From the NCBI GenBank assembly GCA_044221235.1, contig JBGAPN010000002.1:1-37110 (forward strand): a DNA stretch of 37,110 bases, read 5' to 3'. Shown here in pieces: positions 9,600 to 17,359 of this stretch (positions within the stretch are counted from its first letter, which is position 1; each line of letters opens with the position of its first letter). The stretch comes from Limisphaerales bacterium (lineage in GTDB: Bacteria > Verrucomicrobiota > Verrucomicrobiia > Limisphaerales > UBA9464). The notes under the pieces were generated by a model. It did not search any database. It saw only the letters and a list, made by a program, of their open reading frames with translations, and was not told where the DNA came from. Made by a program: the position numbers and the translations under genes.

Positions 9600-10850
9600 T
9601 TACATGCAGCTGACCGGCCTGAGCGGCATAACGACCGGAAACCAATCAAAGGTCGGCCGCCTCGTGGAGTCGTCGAACACCGCGCCTTCCGGGTGATATG
9701 GAATGCCAGTCGGGTGGACCACAGGGCTGCACCGCAGCTCGCGAAGACCCGCTCGCGAGACCGGAGTCACTTCCTGCGGATCGCTCTGTCCGTCGGAATT
9801 CCGGTCCCTCCACAACGCGAATCCCTCCAGTTCCGTGCCGTCCAGTTGGCCATCGCCATTGTCGTCCAATGCGTCGAGGACCTCATACCCATCCCTCCAG
9901 AAGATCCAAAAGGTCACTCCGCCCACCAGTTGTAGCCCGGAGGTGATCTGTCCCGTTTCCCCGGGGTCCCAGACCAGCCAGCTGGCGTTGTCCTGAATCC
10001 ATCCCCATCGCCGAGGTTGGCCCGAACCGTCCAGATCGAAGGAAACACCGGCAACGGGATTGACCAGGCGGGCCAGTTCCCGCTCGGCTGTGGCAGGAAC
10101 AAGAATCGGTGTGATCGCCCTTGGAAGGGTCGCCACTTTTGCCTGACGTTGTTTGAGATCAGCGATCTCGGCCGCATCTGCGACGGGGTCCAGGCAGTTC
10201 AGCAGGTAACGGATCGTTTCCTCGCTGAAGCAGATTCCCGGGCCGATTCTGGGCTGGGGGCCTCCCAGCCATCGTCCGGCCTGCCAGGAGTATTTCATCT
10301 GATCCAGCCAGTCCTGAACGGACACCTGCATTTCCGCGGCCCAGGCCTCCTTCAAGGTGCGACGGTACTCGCGGGTCGCCTCATTCGTCCGCCCTGCCTG
10401 TTCCAGAGTCCACGCATAGCCCAGTCGTGCCGGCAATATGAGCCACCGGTCCGACTGGTTCGTGGATTGGGGAAGCTGCTCCAGGGCGCGGCCAAAGTAT
10501 CGGAGGGCGTTGGTGAAGTAGGCCAACGACTGCGTCCGCAGGTCTCGATTGGCCAACGCATTGGTCAACGGGGGAATCCCATTGTCACTTCCGGGAAACC
10601 CAAAGATGGGCTCTTCGCTCCGTTTCCCAACGGTCATCGAGTTCGACAAAGTGGCCCCGCGCATCGAGTAGAGTCGGGCCAGCTGGTAAAGCGTGGTTGG
10701 GTCGTTGGTGTTCCCGGCGAGCCTTCGTTCGAGGTTGGCGGTCAGGCGATCCATGGGAACCGACTTGGATTCCTCCCAGCCAAACATGGCCCGCGTCGGA
10801 GAGCCGCAGAAGGCAACCCAGAGAAGAATCCCGATTCGTGCCCAGTTCAT
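9600..10850 (-). CDS. Hypothetical secreted protein with a helical/TPR-like N-terminal half and a C-terminal region carrying Dx[DN]xDG calcium-loop-like motifs
   Basis: The 444-aa ORF has an internal ATG at 10850 that gives the signal-peptide-like start MNWARIGILLWVAFCGSPTRA. The C-terminal part contains FDLDGSGQPRRWGW, LDDNGDGQLDGTELEGF and RDRNSDGQSDPQEV. I recognise no named family. Confidence 0.6.
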   Translation of the reverse strand: MNWARIGILLWVAFCGSPTRAMFGWEESKSVPMDRLTANLERRLAGNTNDPTTLYQLARLYSMRGATLSNSMTVGKRSEEPIFGFPGSDNGIPPLTNALANRDLRTQSLAYFTNALRYFGRALEQLPQSTNQSDRWLILPARLGYAWTLEQAGRTNEATREYRRTLKEAWAAEMQVSVQDWLDQMKYSWQAGRWLGGPQPRIGPGICFSEETIRYLLNCLDPVADAAEIADLKQRQAKVATLPRAITPILVPATAERELARLVNPVAGVSFDLDGSGQPRRWGWIQDNASWLVWDPGETGQITSGLQLVGGVTFWIFWRDGYEVLDALDDNGDGQLDGTELEGFALWRDRNSDGQSDPQEVTPVSRAGLRELRCSPVVHPTGIPYHPEGAVFDDSTRRPTFDWFPVVMPLRPVSCM

Positions 10851-10946
10851 ATGATCCAGAGTTGATGACCTTCGAACGGTCAACCGACGCCCCGCTTTGC
10901 CCAATTTGATTTGATCCGTCCACTCAACACTCAACTCTCAGCCGAT

Positions 10947-11414
10947 TCATCGCTGCTGACCCGGAGCCCGCCGGCCTTCATCGAGGTCGATGAACTCAAA
11001 CATTGTCTCCACGGTGCCCGGAGGCAGCCCCACCTCTGCAAGCCGTTCCTGAAGTCGCTGGGTTCCGGCATCCCGCCAACCTCGTTTGACCATGAAGGCG
11101 TTCCAGATTTCAATTTCCTCCTCGCTGGGACGCCGGCCGTGCTGGAAGGCCCATTCCAACAATTCCTCGTCGGATTTTCCGCCCTGCAGCACCTCGACTT
11201 CCAGGGCCTGGTAATCGATCCCAAGGAATCGACTGCAGCGGGCATCAAACGTCAGCACCGAAGTGGTTCCCCTCATGGATTGCCACTCCGGTGGAAGCGT
11301 TCCGGCAGCCGCCAGGCGGATTTTGTCGATCATCCGGCCAAAGTAGACGAGCCCGCGAATCTGGGCGGAAGGACTGCGCAGATTCGGAATGAGAGTGGGA
11401 AAGGAGGATTTCAT
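10947..11414 (-). CDS. DUF5069 domain protein
   Basis: 155 aa. The segment GLVYFGRMIDKIRLAAAG...DARCSRFLGIDYQALEVEVLQGGKSDEELLEWAFQHGRRPSEEEIEIWNAFMVKRGW fits the DUF5069 pattern as I remember it (G.v.l.RmiDK.R...G, flgi, sDeEil.W, s.eEie.WN.fm). Assigned from memory, not from a search. Confidence 0.7.
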   Translation of the reverse strand: MKSSFPTLIPNLRSPSAQIRGLVYFGRMIDKIRLAAAGTLPPEWQSMRGTTSVLTFDARCSRFLGIDYQALEVEVLQGGKSDEELLEWAFQHGRRPSEEEIEIWNAFMVKRGWRDAGTQRLQERLAEVGLPPGTVETMFEFIDLDEGRRAPGQQR

Positions 11415-11625
11415 GGAAGGCGCCTCGGCGCTGTGGGATTTGAAAGATCATCATGTTCCAGCTCAAGCCGGATTGGAATCCCTCGAGGGAGAGCTTCTCG
11501 AAGAGCCGCCGGTCATCGTTCACGGGAAATCCCCACTCCCGATCGTGGTATTCGAGGAACTCCGGGGCTGCGCCGCACCAGTGACAACGGGGTTGCCCAT
11601 CGGGACCGACATGGATCGTGCGCAT
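11245..11625 (-). pseudogene. tag: Remnant of DNA-3-methyladenine glycosylase I (Tag). Only about the first 72 codons are Tag-like; the rest of the ORF is read-through across the DUF5069 gene in another frame.
   Basis: MRTIHVGPDGQPRCHWCGAAPEFLEYHDREWGFPVNDDRRLFEKLSLEGFQSGLSW....RRGAFHE matches the Tag N-terminus (C.W......Y..YHD.EWG.P..D...LFE...LEG.QAGLSW.....KR..YR.CFH.F). Tag proteins are about 185 aa. Here the similarity stops at about 11410, exactly where the DUF5069 ATG (11414) lies. Confidence 0.65.
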
Positions 11626-11750
11626 GAATGGAGTCCCCCCACAGGGAACTTCAACAGGACGAAAGGGATCATGGGATGACGAATTCTGGAGTTGTCCTGA
11701 CCGCGGTTCTTCATTCGTAGTAGGGAACAGAGATACGACACCCCTTCGCC

Positions 11751-12218
11751 ATGATCACATCGACTCCCAGCTCCCATACAGTTCGATTTCATCGGGTCCT
11801 CCGGGCCAAGCCAGAGCGCGTTTACCGCGCCTTCATCGATCCGGATGCCATGTCGAAATGGCTGCCCCCGCATGGATTCACCGGTCGCGTCCACCACATG
11901 GATGCCACGGTCGGAGGCGGCTACAAAATGTCCTTCACCAATTTCAGTTCCGGCAAGAGCCACTCCTTCGGCGGAACGTATCTGGAACTGAGGCCCGGGG
12001 AACTCCTTCGCTATACCGATCAGTTCGACGATCTCAACCTGCCCGGTCAGATGATCACCACCGTTCGTTTGAAGGAAGTGTTCTGCGGCACCGAGGTCGA
12101 CATTACACAGGAAGGAATTCCTTCCATGATTCCCGCCGAAGCCTGCTGCCTGGGCTGGCAGGAATCACTCGCGTTGCTGACGCTGCTGGTGGAAGCGGAA
12201 ATTCCCGACGCGGGTTGA
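11751..12218 (+). CDS. SRPBCC superfamily protein, AHSA1 (activator of Hsp90 ATPase homolog 1-like) domain
   Basis: 155 aa. The segment VRFHRVLRAKPERVYRAFIDPDAMSKWLPPHGFTGRVHHMDATVGGGYKMSF...GTYLELRPGELLRYTDQFDD is a typical AHSA1/START-like small protein. Confidence 0.8.
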   Translation: MITSTPSSHTVRFHRVLRAKPERVYRAFIDPDAMSKWLPPHGFTGRVHHMDATVGGGYKMSFTNFSSGKSHSFGGTYLELRPGELLRYTDQFDDLNLPGQMITTVRLKEVFCGTEVDITQEGIPSMIPAEACCLGWQESLALLTLLVEAEIPDAG

Positions 12219-12312
12219 TACCGGACGCACGTCGGCTTTCTCTTGTCCTCACGTCAATACCTCCGTCCGGCGTCGTGGACGGCGGACCGATCCCGTGTTG
12301 AACTGAGACACG

Positions 12313-13431
12313 ATGAAACGTGCCATTCAATGGTTCCGCCTCGGGGCGATACTGTTCTGGGCGGGCTTCACGGCCGGCGCAGCGGAGGACACGCTCGACA
12401 GCCGCTGCCCGGTTCGCGCCTTCTGCATCGCCGCTCCCGCCGCGCCACGGGTCGAGGAGTTCATCCGGTTCATGGAACAGGAGCTGGCGCCCCGATCGGT
12501 GAACACATTGATCCTGCGAGTGGACTACGGATTCCAGTTTTCCAGCCGTCCGGAAATGGCGGACCCGAATGGGTTGTCCCCGATCCAAGCCCGACAGCTG
12601 TCCGCGGCCGGCCGGCGCCTGGGAATCCGAGTCATTCCCCAAATCAACCTGCTCGGACACCAGTCCTGGCAATCCAATCTGGGCAAGCTGCTGCGGGTAT
12701 ATCCGCAGTTTGACGAAACTCCCCAGGTCAAGCTTCCCGACAAATACGTCTGGCCCAATCCCGATCGGCTGTACTGCAAAAGCTACTGTCCGAGACATCC
12801 CGACGTTCACGAGGTGGTCTTTGCCCTGGTGGACGAAGTTTGTGGCGCTTTTGAGTGCGACGCCTTCCACGCCGGTCTCGACGAAGTGTTCTATCTGGGT
12901 GAAGAGCAGTGTCCCCGGTGCCGGGGCCAGAACAAAGCCGAGCTGTTTGCCGGCGAAGTCCGAACCCTCCGCGATCATCTCCACCAATCCGGCCGCCAGC
13001 TCTGGATGTGGGGCGATCGGTTGTTGGACGGCAGGACAACCGGGATCGGTGAGTGGGAGGCCAGTCAGAACGACACGTCTGCGGCTGTGGACTTGATTCC
13101 GAAGGACGTGCTGATCTGCGACTGGCATTACGAGCGGGCCGACCCAACGCCGGTGTACTTCGCGACGAAGGGGTTTGACGTCGTGAGTTGTGCCTGGAGG
13201 AACCCGCAGGTGGGTGGGGCGCAGGTTCGCGACCTGGTCCGCTTCCGGGAGGTGTCCACGCCGCAGATGCGGTCCCGGTTTCGCGGCGTGATGCAAACCG
13301 TGTGGTCGGGCTCCGAGGCGTTTCTCAATCAATTCACCAACCGGGTCTCAACGGCAGGGACTGTGGAAACGACCAAAGGGGAAACCGCCTGTTTCCTCCG
13401 GATGTTCGAGGAAGTGGCCCGGTTGAAATAA
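12313..13431 (+). CDS. Secreted glycoside hydrolase family 20-like protein (catalytic-domain-only type)
   Basis: 372 aa with a signal peptide, MKRAIQWFRLGAILFWAGFTAGAAED. GIRVIPQINLLGHQSW resembles the GH20 I.vIPEiD.PGH motif, and CDAFHAGLDEV resembles the GH20 H.GgDE catalytic motif. Confidence 0.55.
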   Translation: MKRAIQWFRLGAILFWAGFTAGAAEDTLDSRCPVRAFCIAAPAAPRVEEFIRFMEQELAPRSVNTLILRVDYGFQFSSRPEMADPNGLSPIQARQLSAAGRRLGIRVIPQINLLGHQSWQSNLGKLLRVYPQFDETPQVKLPDKYVWPNPDRLYCKSYCPRHPDVHEVVFALVDEVCGAFECDAFHAGLDEVFYLGEEQCPRCRGQNKAELFAGEVRTLRDHLHQSGRQLWMWGDRLLDGRTTGIGEWEASQNDTSAAVDLIPKDVLICDWHYERADPTPVYFATKGFDVVSCAWRNPQVGGAQVRDLVRFREVSTPQMRSRFRGVMQTVWSGSEAFLNQFTNRVSTAGTVETTKGETACFLRMFEEVARLK

Positions 13432-13612
13432 CAGGCAGGTCCGCATCCCTGCCGAGCCTCCCATGCCAAAATTGGACACGGATCGACGCCTTGAACCGTA
13501 GTCGACGAGGGAACGAGACGCTGACATGTCCCCAGTGGCCCCTCCGAATTGGGTGAAGGGAGATCAGCGGGCGCGTCCCCCCCCGTCCGCGGTAACGACG
13601 TGGTCGTGAGGC

Positions 13613-14722
13613 TTACGAGCCTTTGGCCGGGGGCGCCGCATCGGCCGCCCGCTTGGCCAGGATGGCGTCGCGGATCTTGCCCGCCAGCTCTGGCTTCTCC
13701 ACCAGGGCCTTCCGGGAGGCTTCCTTGCCCTGGCCGATTAATTCGCCCTGGAACTGCAGCCAGGCACCCTTCTTCTCCACCACGCCCACCTCCTGGCCGA
13801 CGTCGAGCAGCGAACCCTCCTTGTCGATGCCCTGGTTGAAGTAGATGTCAAATTCGGCCTCGGTGAACGGTGGTGCGACCTTGTTCTTCACCACCTTCAC
13901 CTTCACGTGATTCCCGATCGCGTTGCCGGCGCTGTCCTTGAGGGCATCCTTGCGTCGGATGTCGATGCGCACACTGGCGTAGAACTTGAGGGCCTTGCCG
14001 CCGGGTGTGGTCTCGGGATTGCCGAACATCACGCCGACCTTCTCGCGGAGCTGGTTGGTGAAGAGACAGGTGGTCTTCGCCTTGTTCAGGATGGCGGTGA
14101 GCTTGCGCAGCGCCTGCGACATGAGCCGCGCCTGCATGCCCATGGTCGCCATGCCCATCTCGCCTTCGAGTTCCGCCTTGGGAACCAGGGCGGCGACCGA
14201 GTCGACCACGATGATGTCGAGCGCGTTGGAGCGAGCGAGGGTCTCGCAGATGCTGAGGGCCTCCTCACCGGAGTCCGGCTGCGACACCAGGAGGTCGTCG
14301 AGGTTGACCCCGAGCTTTTTGGCGTAGGCCGGATCCAGGGCGTGTTCCGCATCGATGAATGCCGCCACGCCACCGGCCTTCTGCGCGTTGGCGATCAGGT
14401 GAAGCATCAGGGTGGTCTTGCCGGAGGACTCCGGACCGTAGATTTCGACGATGCGTCCGCGCGGCACGCCACCCACGCCCAGGGCAAGATCGATGGCCAG
14501 GGCGCCGGTCGGAATCACCTCAATCGGCCGCACGACCTGCGAACCGAGACGCATGATGGCTCCGTCGCCAAACGACTTGGTGATGGTCGAAATGGCGCCG
14601 TCAAGGTCGCGTTGTTTTTGGGGGGAAATCCGGGGAGTCTCCTCGGCGGCAGCAGCGGCGGCGGCCTTCGATTCTGCGGCTTTGGATTCGGCTTTCGATT
14701 CGGTTTTGGCGGGAGCGGGCAT
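13613..14722 (-). CDS. recA: Recombinase RecA
   Basis: Contains GAIMRLG, Walker [31 protein letters not shown] and [37 protein letters not shown]. The only sensible ATG is at 14722 ([14 protein letters not shown]...). The 95 upstream codons of the track ORF are Arg/Gly-rich non-coding read-through. Confidence 0.95.
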   Translation of the reverse strand: MPAPAKTESKAESKAAESKAAAAAAAEETPRISPQKQRDLDGAISTITKSFGDGAIMRLGSQVVRPIEVIPTGALAIDLALGVGGVPRGRIVEIYGPESSGKTTLMLHLIANAQKAGGVAAFIDAEHALDPAYAKKLGVNLDDLLVSQPDSGEEALSICETLARSNALDIIVVDSVAALVPKAELEGEMGMATMGMQARLMSQALRKLTAILNKAKTTCLFTNQLREKVGVMFGNPETTPGGKALKFYASVRIDIRRKDALKDSAGNAIGNHVKVKVVKNKVAPPFTEAEFDIYFNQGIDKEGSLLDVGQEVGVVEKKGAWLQFQGELIGQGKEASRKALVEKPELAGKIRDAILAKRAADAAPPAKGS

Positions 14723-14905
14723 GGATTCGGCGGAACGTTGGTTTGAAACTGGTCGCGAGGCTAGGAGCGGGGTCCGCCAAGTCAATCGCGTGAAATAGTG
14801 AGGCGGTCTGGATTCAGTGGGGGCGCCGGCGAAACGACGGCCGGAACGGCACTCGACAAACGGCGCGAAACCAACATGGATTCCTGCGGTCTCCCGTTCA
14901 GCGCC

Positions 14906-16183
14906 ATGAAACGTTCCCTGCTCCCTCTCCGTGCCAGCCGAGCCGCCCTCGCGGCGGGCATCGGCTTCGCCGCCCTCGTCCCCATCCGGGCCACCGATTC
15001 GCCGCAATGGCGCGGACCGGACCGCTCGGGGAGTTCCCCAGAAACCGGCCTGCTCCAGTCATGGCCGCAAGACGGTCCCAAACTGGTGTGGAAAGTCTCC
15101 CATTGCGGATCCGGCTACGCCACGCCCTCGGTGGTGGGCGACCGCATTTACCTGCTGGGAAACGAAGGGTTGGAAAATGAGTCCGTCCTCGCCCTGTCGG
15201 CCGCGGACGGTTCCAAGCTTTGGTCCACCCGGCTCGGCAATGTGGGCAATCCCCAGCAACGCCCCAACTTCCCCGGCGCCCGTTCCACACCCACCGTCGT
15301 GGGCCCAGTCCTGTATGCACTCGGGTCCGACGGCGATCTGGCATGTCTCGACACCGCCAAGGGGGAGATCCGCTGGAAGAAGAACCTCCGGGCCGAGTTT
15401 GCTGGCAAGCCCGGTCAATGGGCCTATTCCGAATCGCCACTGGTGTTCGACACGACGGTGATCGTCACCCCGGGCGGATCCGAGGCCACCGTCCTTGCTC
15501 TCGACGCCAAGACCGGCGACGTCCGGTGGAAGTATGCCTCGCCTGACACTGACGACGCCGGATACGCCTCGGCCATCATGGTGGACGCCGGCGGTTCGAA
15601 GCAGGTGGTCCAACTGTTGTCCAAGGGTCTGGTTGGGCTGGACGCGTCGAGTGGCAAGCCGTTGTGGCGCTGGGGCAAGGCGATCAGCAAATATGGAGCG
15701 AACATTCCCTCGCCGCTGGCCGCCAGTGGTTTGATTTACGCGGCGGCGGCCGGAACGGGGGGCGGTGCGATCCGGTTGAAGCCGGGCGGGACCGATTCCG
15801 GGTTCGACGAACTCTACTTCGAATCCAAACTGCCCACGGCCATCGGCGGAACGGTCAAGGTGGGGGACCTTCTCTTTGGAACCACGCAACAATCGCTCCT
15901 GTGTTTTGAAGCCTCGAGCGGCAAGCTGAAGTGGGAGGACCGTTCCATCGGAGCCGCATCCCTGTATCACGCCGGCGGCCTGCTCTTCCTGCATGGCGAG
16001 AATGGGGTCGTGGCCCTGGTCGAACCTTCGGGCGAAGGCTACCGGGAAAAGGGTCGCTTTACTCCGCCTGATGCGCCGGCAAAGAGCAATCCCATGGAAA
16101 AATCGTGGGCCTATCCCGTCGTGGCCAACGGACGCCTATATGTCCGCGACCACGGGACATTGTGGAGTTACGCAGTGAAGTGA
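14906..16183 (+). CDS. PQQ-like (BamB-type) beta-propeller repeat protein, secreted
   Basis: The ATG at 14906 gives the signal peptide [29 protein letters not shown]. It is followed by [30 protein letters not shown] and repeated ...P.VVGD.IYLLG.../...[14 protein letters not shown]...G...W motifs, typical of PQQ-enzyme-repeat propellers. Confidence 0.8.
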   Translation: MKRSLLPLRASRAALAAGIGFAALVPIRATDSPQWRGPDRSGSSPETGLLQSWPQDGPKLVWKVSHCGSGYATPSVVGDRIYLLGNEGLENESVLALSAADGSKLWSTRLGNVGNPQQRPNFPGARSTPTVVGPVLYALGSDGDLACLDTAKGEIRWKKNLRAEFAGKPGQWAYSESPLVFDTTVIVTPGGSEATVLALDAKTGDVRWKYASPDTDDAGYASAIMVDAGGSKQVVQLLSKGLVGLDASSGKPLWRWGKAISKYGANIPSPLAASGLIYAAAAGTGGGAIRLKPGGTDSGFDELYFESKLPTAIGGTVKVGDLLFGTTQQSLLCFEASSGKLKWEDRSIGAASLYHAGGLLFLHGENGVVALVEPSGEGYREKGRFTPPDAPAKSNPMEKSWAYPVVANGRLYVRDHGTLWSYAVK

Positions 16184-16317
16184 GGGCGGTATATCCCGAT
16201 GGAACTTCCGAGGGGCTGGAAATTGGATCTTCTCCCTGTCGGCAAGCGGTCCAAGAATATCCACCCGCACCCAATCCAGCGTCCCAAAAGCGACTCCAGC
16301 GCTCGCCCTCGTCTCTC

Positions 16318-16356
16318 GATTCCATGTCCCACCTGGGACACTGAACTGGGAACGGG
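16318..16356 (+). repeat. Palindromic intergenic repeat, copy B
   Basis: Reads GATTCCATGTCCCACCTGGGACACTGAACTGGGAACGGG. It has the same CCATGTCCCA-CC-TGGGACA core as copy A (reverse complement) and copy C. It lies in the convergent spacer after the propeller gene. Confidence 0.7.
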
Positions 16357-16448
16357 TGTCCGCACGCCCAATTGCCAGCAGCCACGCGGCGTTCCGTTCG
16401 TGGCGCCGGCCTGTCTCCGGACCTCGTCCGTGGCCCAGAAGGGTCTTA

Positions 16449-16488
16449 CCAATTTCGTGTCCCACCTGGGACATGGAGTTGGGAATGG
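16449..16488 (+). repeat. Palindromic intergenic repeat, copy C
   Basis: Reads CCAATTTCGTGTCCCACCTGGGACATGGAGTTGGGAATGGG. Its reverse complement ends ...GAAATTGGTAAG, matching the ...GAGTTGGCAAG end of copy A. It sits 130 bp downstream of copy B in the same orientation. Confidence 0.7.
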
Positions 16489-16597
16489 GTCACCGGAGGG
16501 ACGACCGGCTTGAAAGGAACGAACAGAGGCTCGCGGCCCCAACTGCTCCGGACGAAGCGCAACCTGCCCGCCGGAACTCCGATCATTGCGCTCACCT

Positions 16598-17359
16598 TTA
16601 GGACGAGGTGGTCAGCGCCGCCAATAGCGACTGGAGCTCCTCTTCGACCTGCGCGGGATCCACCAGGGTCTGGGCGATCTCGTCTCGCAGCAGTTCCCGA
16701 TAGCGTTTGCGCAGACGGTGCACCGCCACGCGGAAGGCGCCCTCCGCCATCTGCAGCGAGGCGGCGGCCTCTGCGTGCGGAATCGCGTCGGAACCCACCA
16801 TCAAATATCCCTTGGCCCGCTCAAACAACAGGCCCCGGCCTTCCGCAACACACTCGGTACCCAGACGCTGAATGACGCGTTCCAGCAATGCCATCGCCCA
16901 TTCGCGATCAAAGGCGAGGTCGGGACTGTCCGGATCCGGCGGTTCGAGATGAAACCGCCGGTCGGCATCCTGCCAGTCGAGGGACACGTGCTCGATCCCG
17001 CCCCCGCGTTTCTGACGTTGCGAGCGGTCCCATTCGTTGGCTAGGAAATGCTTCAGGGACGCCAGCAAGAACGCCCGAAATCGACCGCGTTCCGCGTTGA
17101 GGCCGGTCAGGTAGTTTCGCGAAAGGAACCGGGCGAAGAACTCCTGCACCCGGTCCTCGGCGTCTTCGCGCGTGTGCCCTTGACGACGAACATAGGCGTA
17201 CAAGGGATACCAGTAGGTTTGGCACAATTCCGCGAGGGCCCGCTCCGAATTCGGGGACGAGCGGCGTCCGGCGTCGAGCACCACGGTCCAGCGTGTGGTG
17301 GCAAAGCAGTCGCCCAACGACGAACCTGGACCGGAGGGGGATGGAGGGTCAGCGGGCAT
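16598..17359 (-). CDS. ECF-type sigma-70 family RNA polymerase sigma factor of the kinase-associated type
   Basis: Region 2 is ALAELCQTYWYPLYAYVRRQGHTREDAEDRVQEFFARFL. Region 4 is AAASLQMAEGAFRVAVHRLRKRYRELL. It has the N-terminal TTRWTVV motif and a long sigma2-sigma4 linker. I prefer the ATG at 17359 (MPADPP...), which lies 7 nt after the kinase stop; the track ORF start at 17404 would overlap the kinase by 56 nt. Confidence 0.85.
   Translation of the reverse strand: MPADPPSPSGPGSSLGDCFATTRWTVVLDAGRRSSPNSERALAELCQTYWYPLYAYVRRQGHTREDAEDRVQEFFARFLSRNYLTGLNAERGRFRAFLLASLKHFLANEWDRSQRQKRGGGIEHVSLDWQDADRRFHLEPPDPDSPDLAFDREWAMALLERVIQRLGTECVAEGRGLLFERAKGYLMVGSDAIPHAEAAASLQMAEGAFRVAVHRLRKRYRELLRDEIAQTLVDPAQVEEELQSLLAALTTSS

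Noticed and set aside
8181-9935. 584-aa plus-strand ORF (and 8339-9532, 397 aa) antisense to recC
   Set aside because: The translations are Arg/Pro/Gly/His-rich with no motifs. They lie fully inside a gene with strong RecC similarity on the other strand. Long antisense ORFs are expected at this GC content because stop codons are rare.
12185-12192. E. coli Chi octamers GCTGGTGG (also at 18977-18984 and 29208-29215), noted because the window encodes RecBCD
   Set aside because: Chi sequences are species-specific. A GC-rich octamer is expected to occur a few times by chance in this composition. Nothing can be concluded from three hits in one window.
14723-14905. Search for a LexA/SOS box in the recA-propeller divergent spacer
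   Set aside because: I saw only GGAACGTTGGTTTGAAAC (about 14732-14749). It is not a convincing palindrome and does not match any LexA motif I can state with confidence. No call is made.
14723-15007. 95-codon N-terminal extension of the recA ORF in the track, and similar upstream extensions of the kinase (20079-20201), methyltransferase (26971-27258), propeller (14798-14905) and permease (35639-35698) ORFs
   Set aside because: The extensions are Arg/Gly-rich and lack homology. In each case an internal ATG gives a canonical N-terminus or signal peptide.
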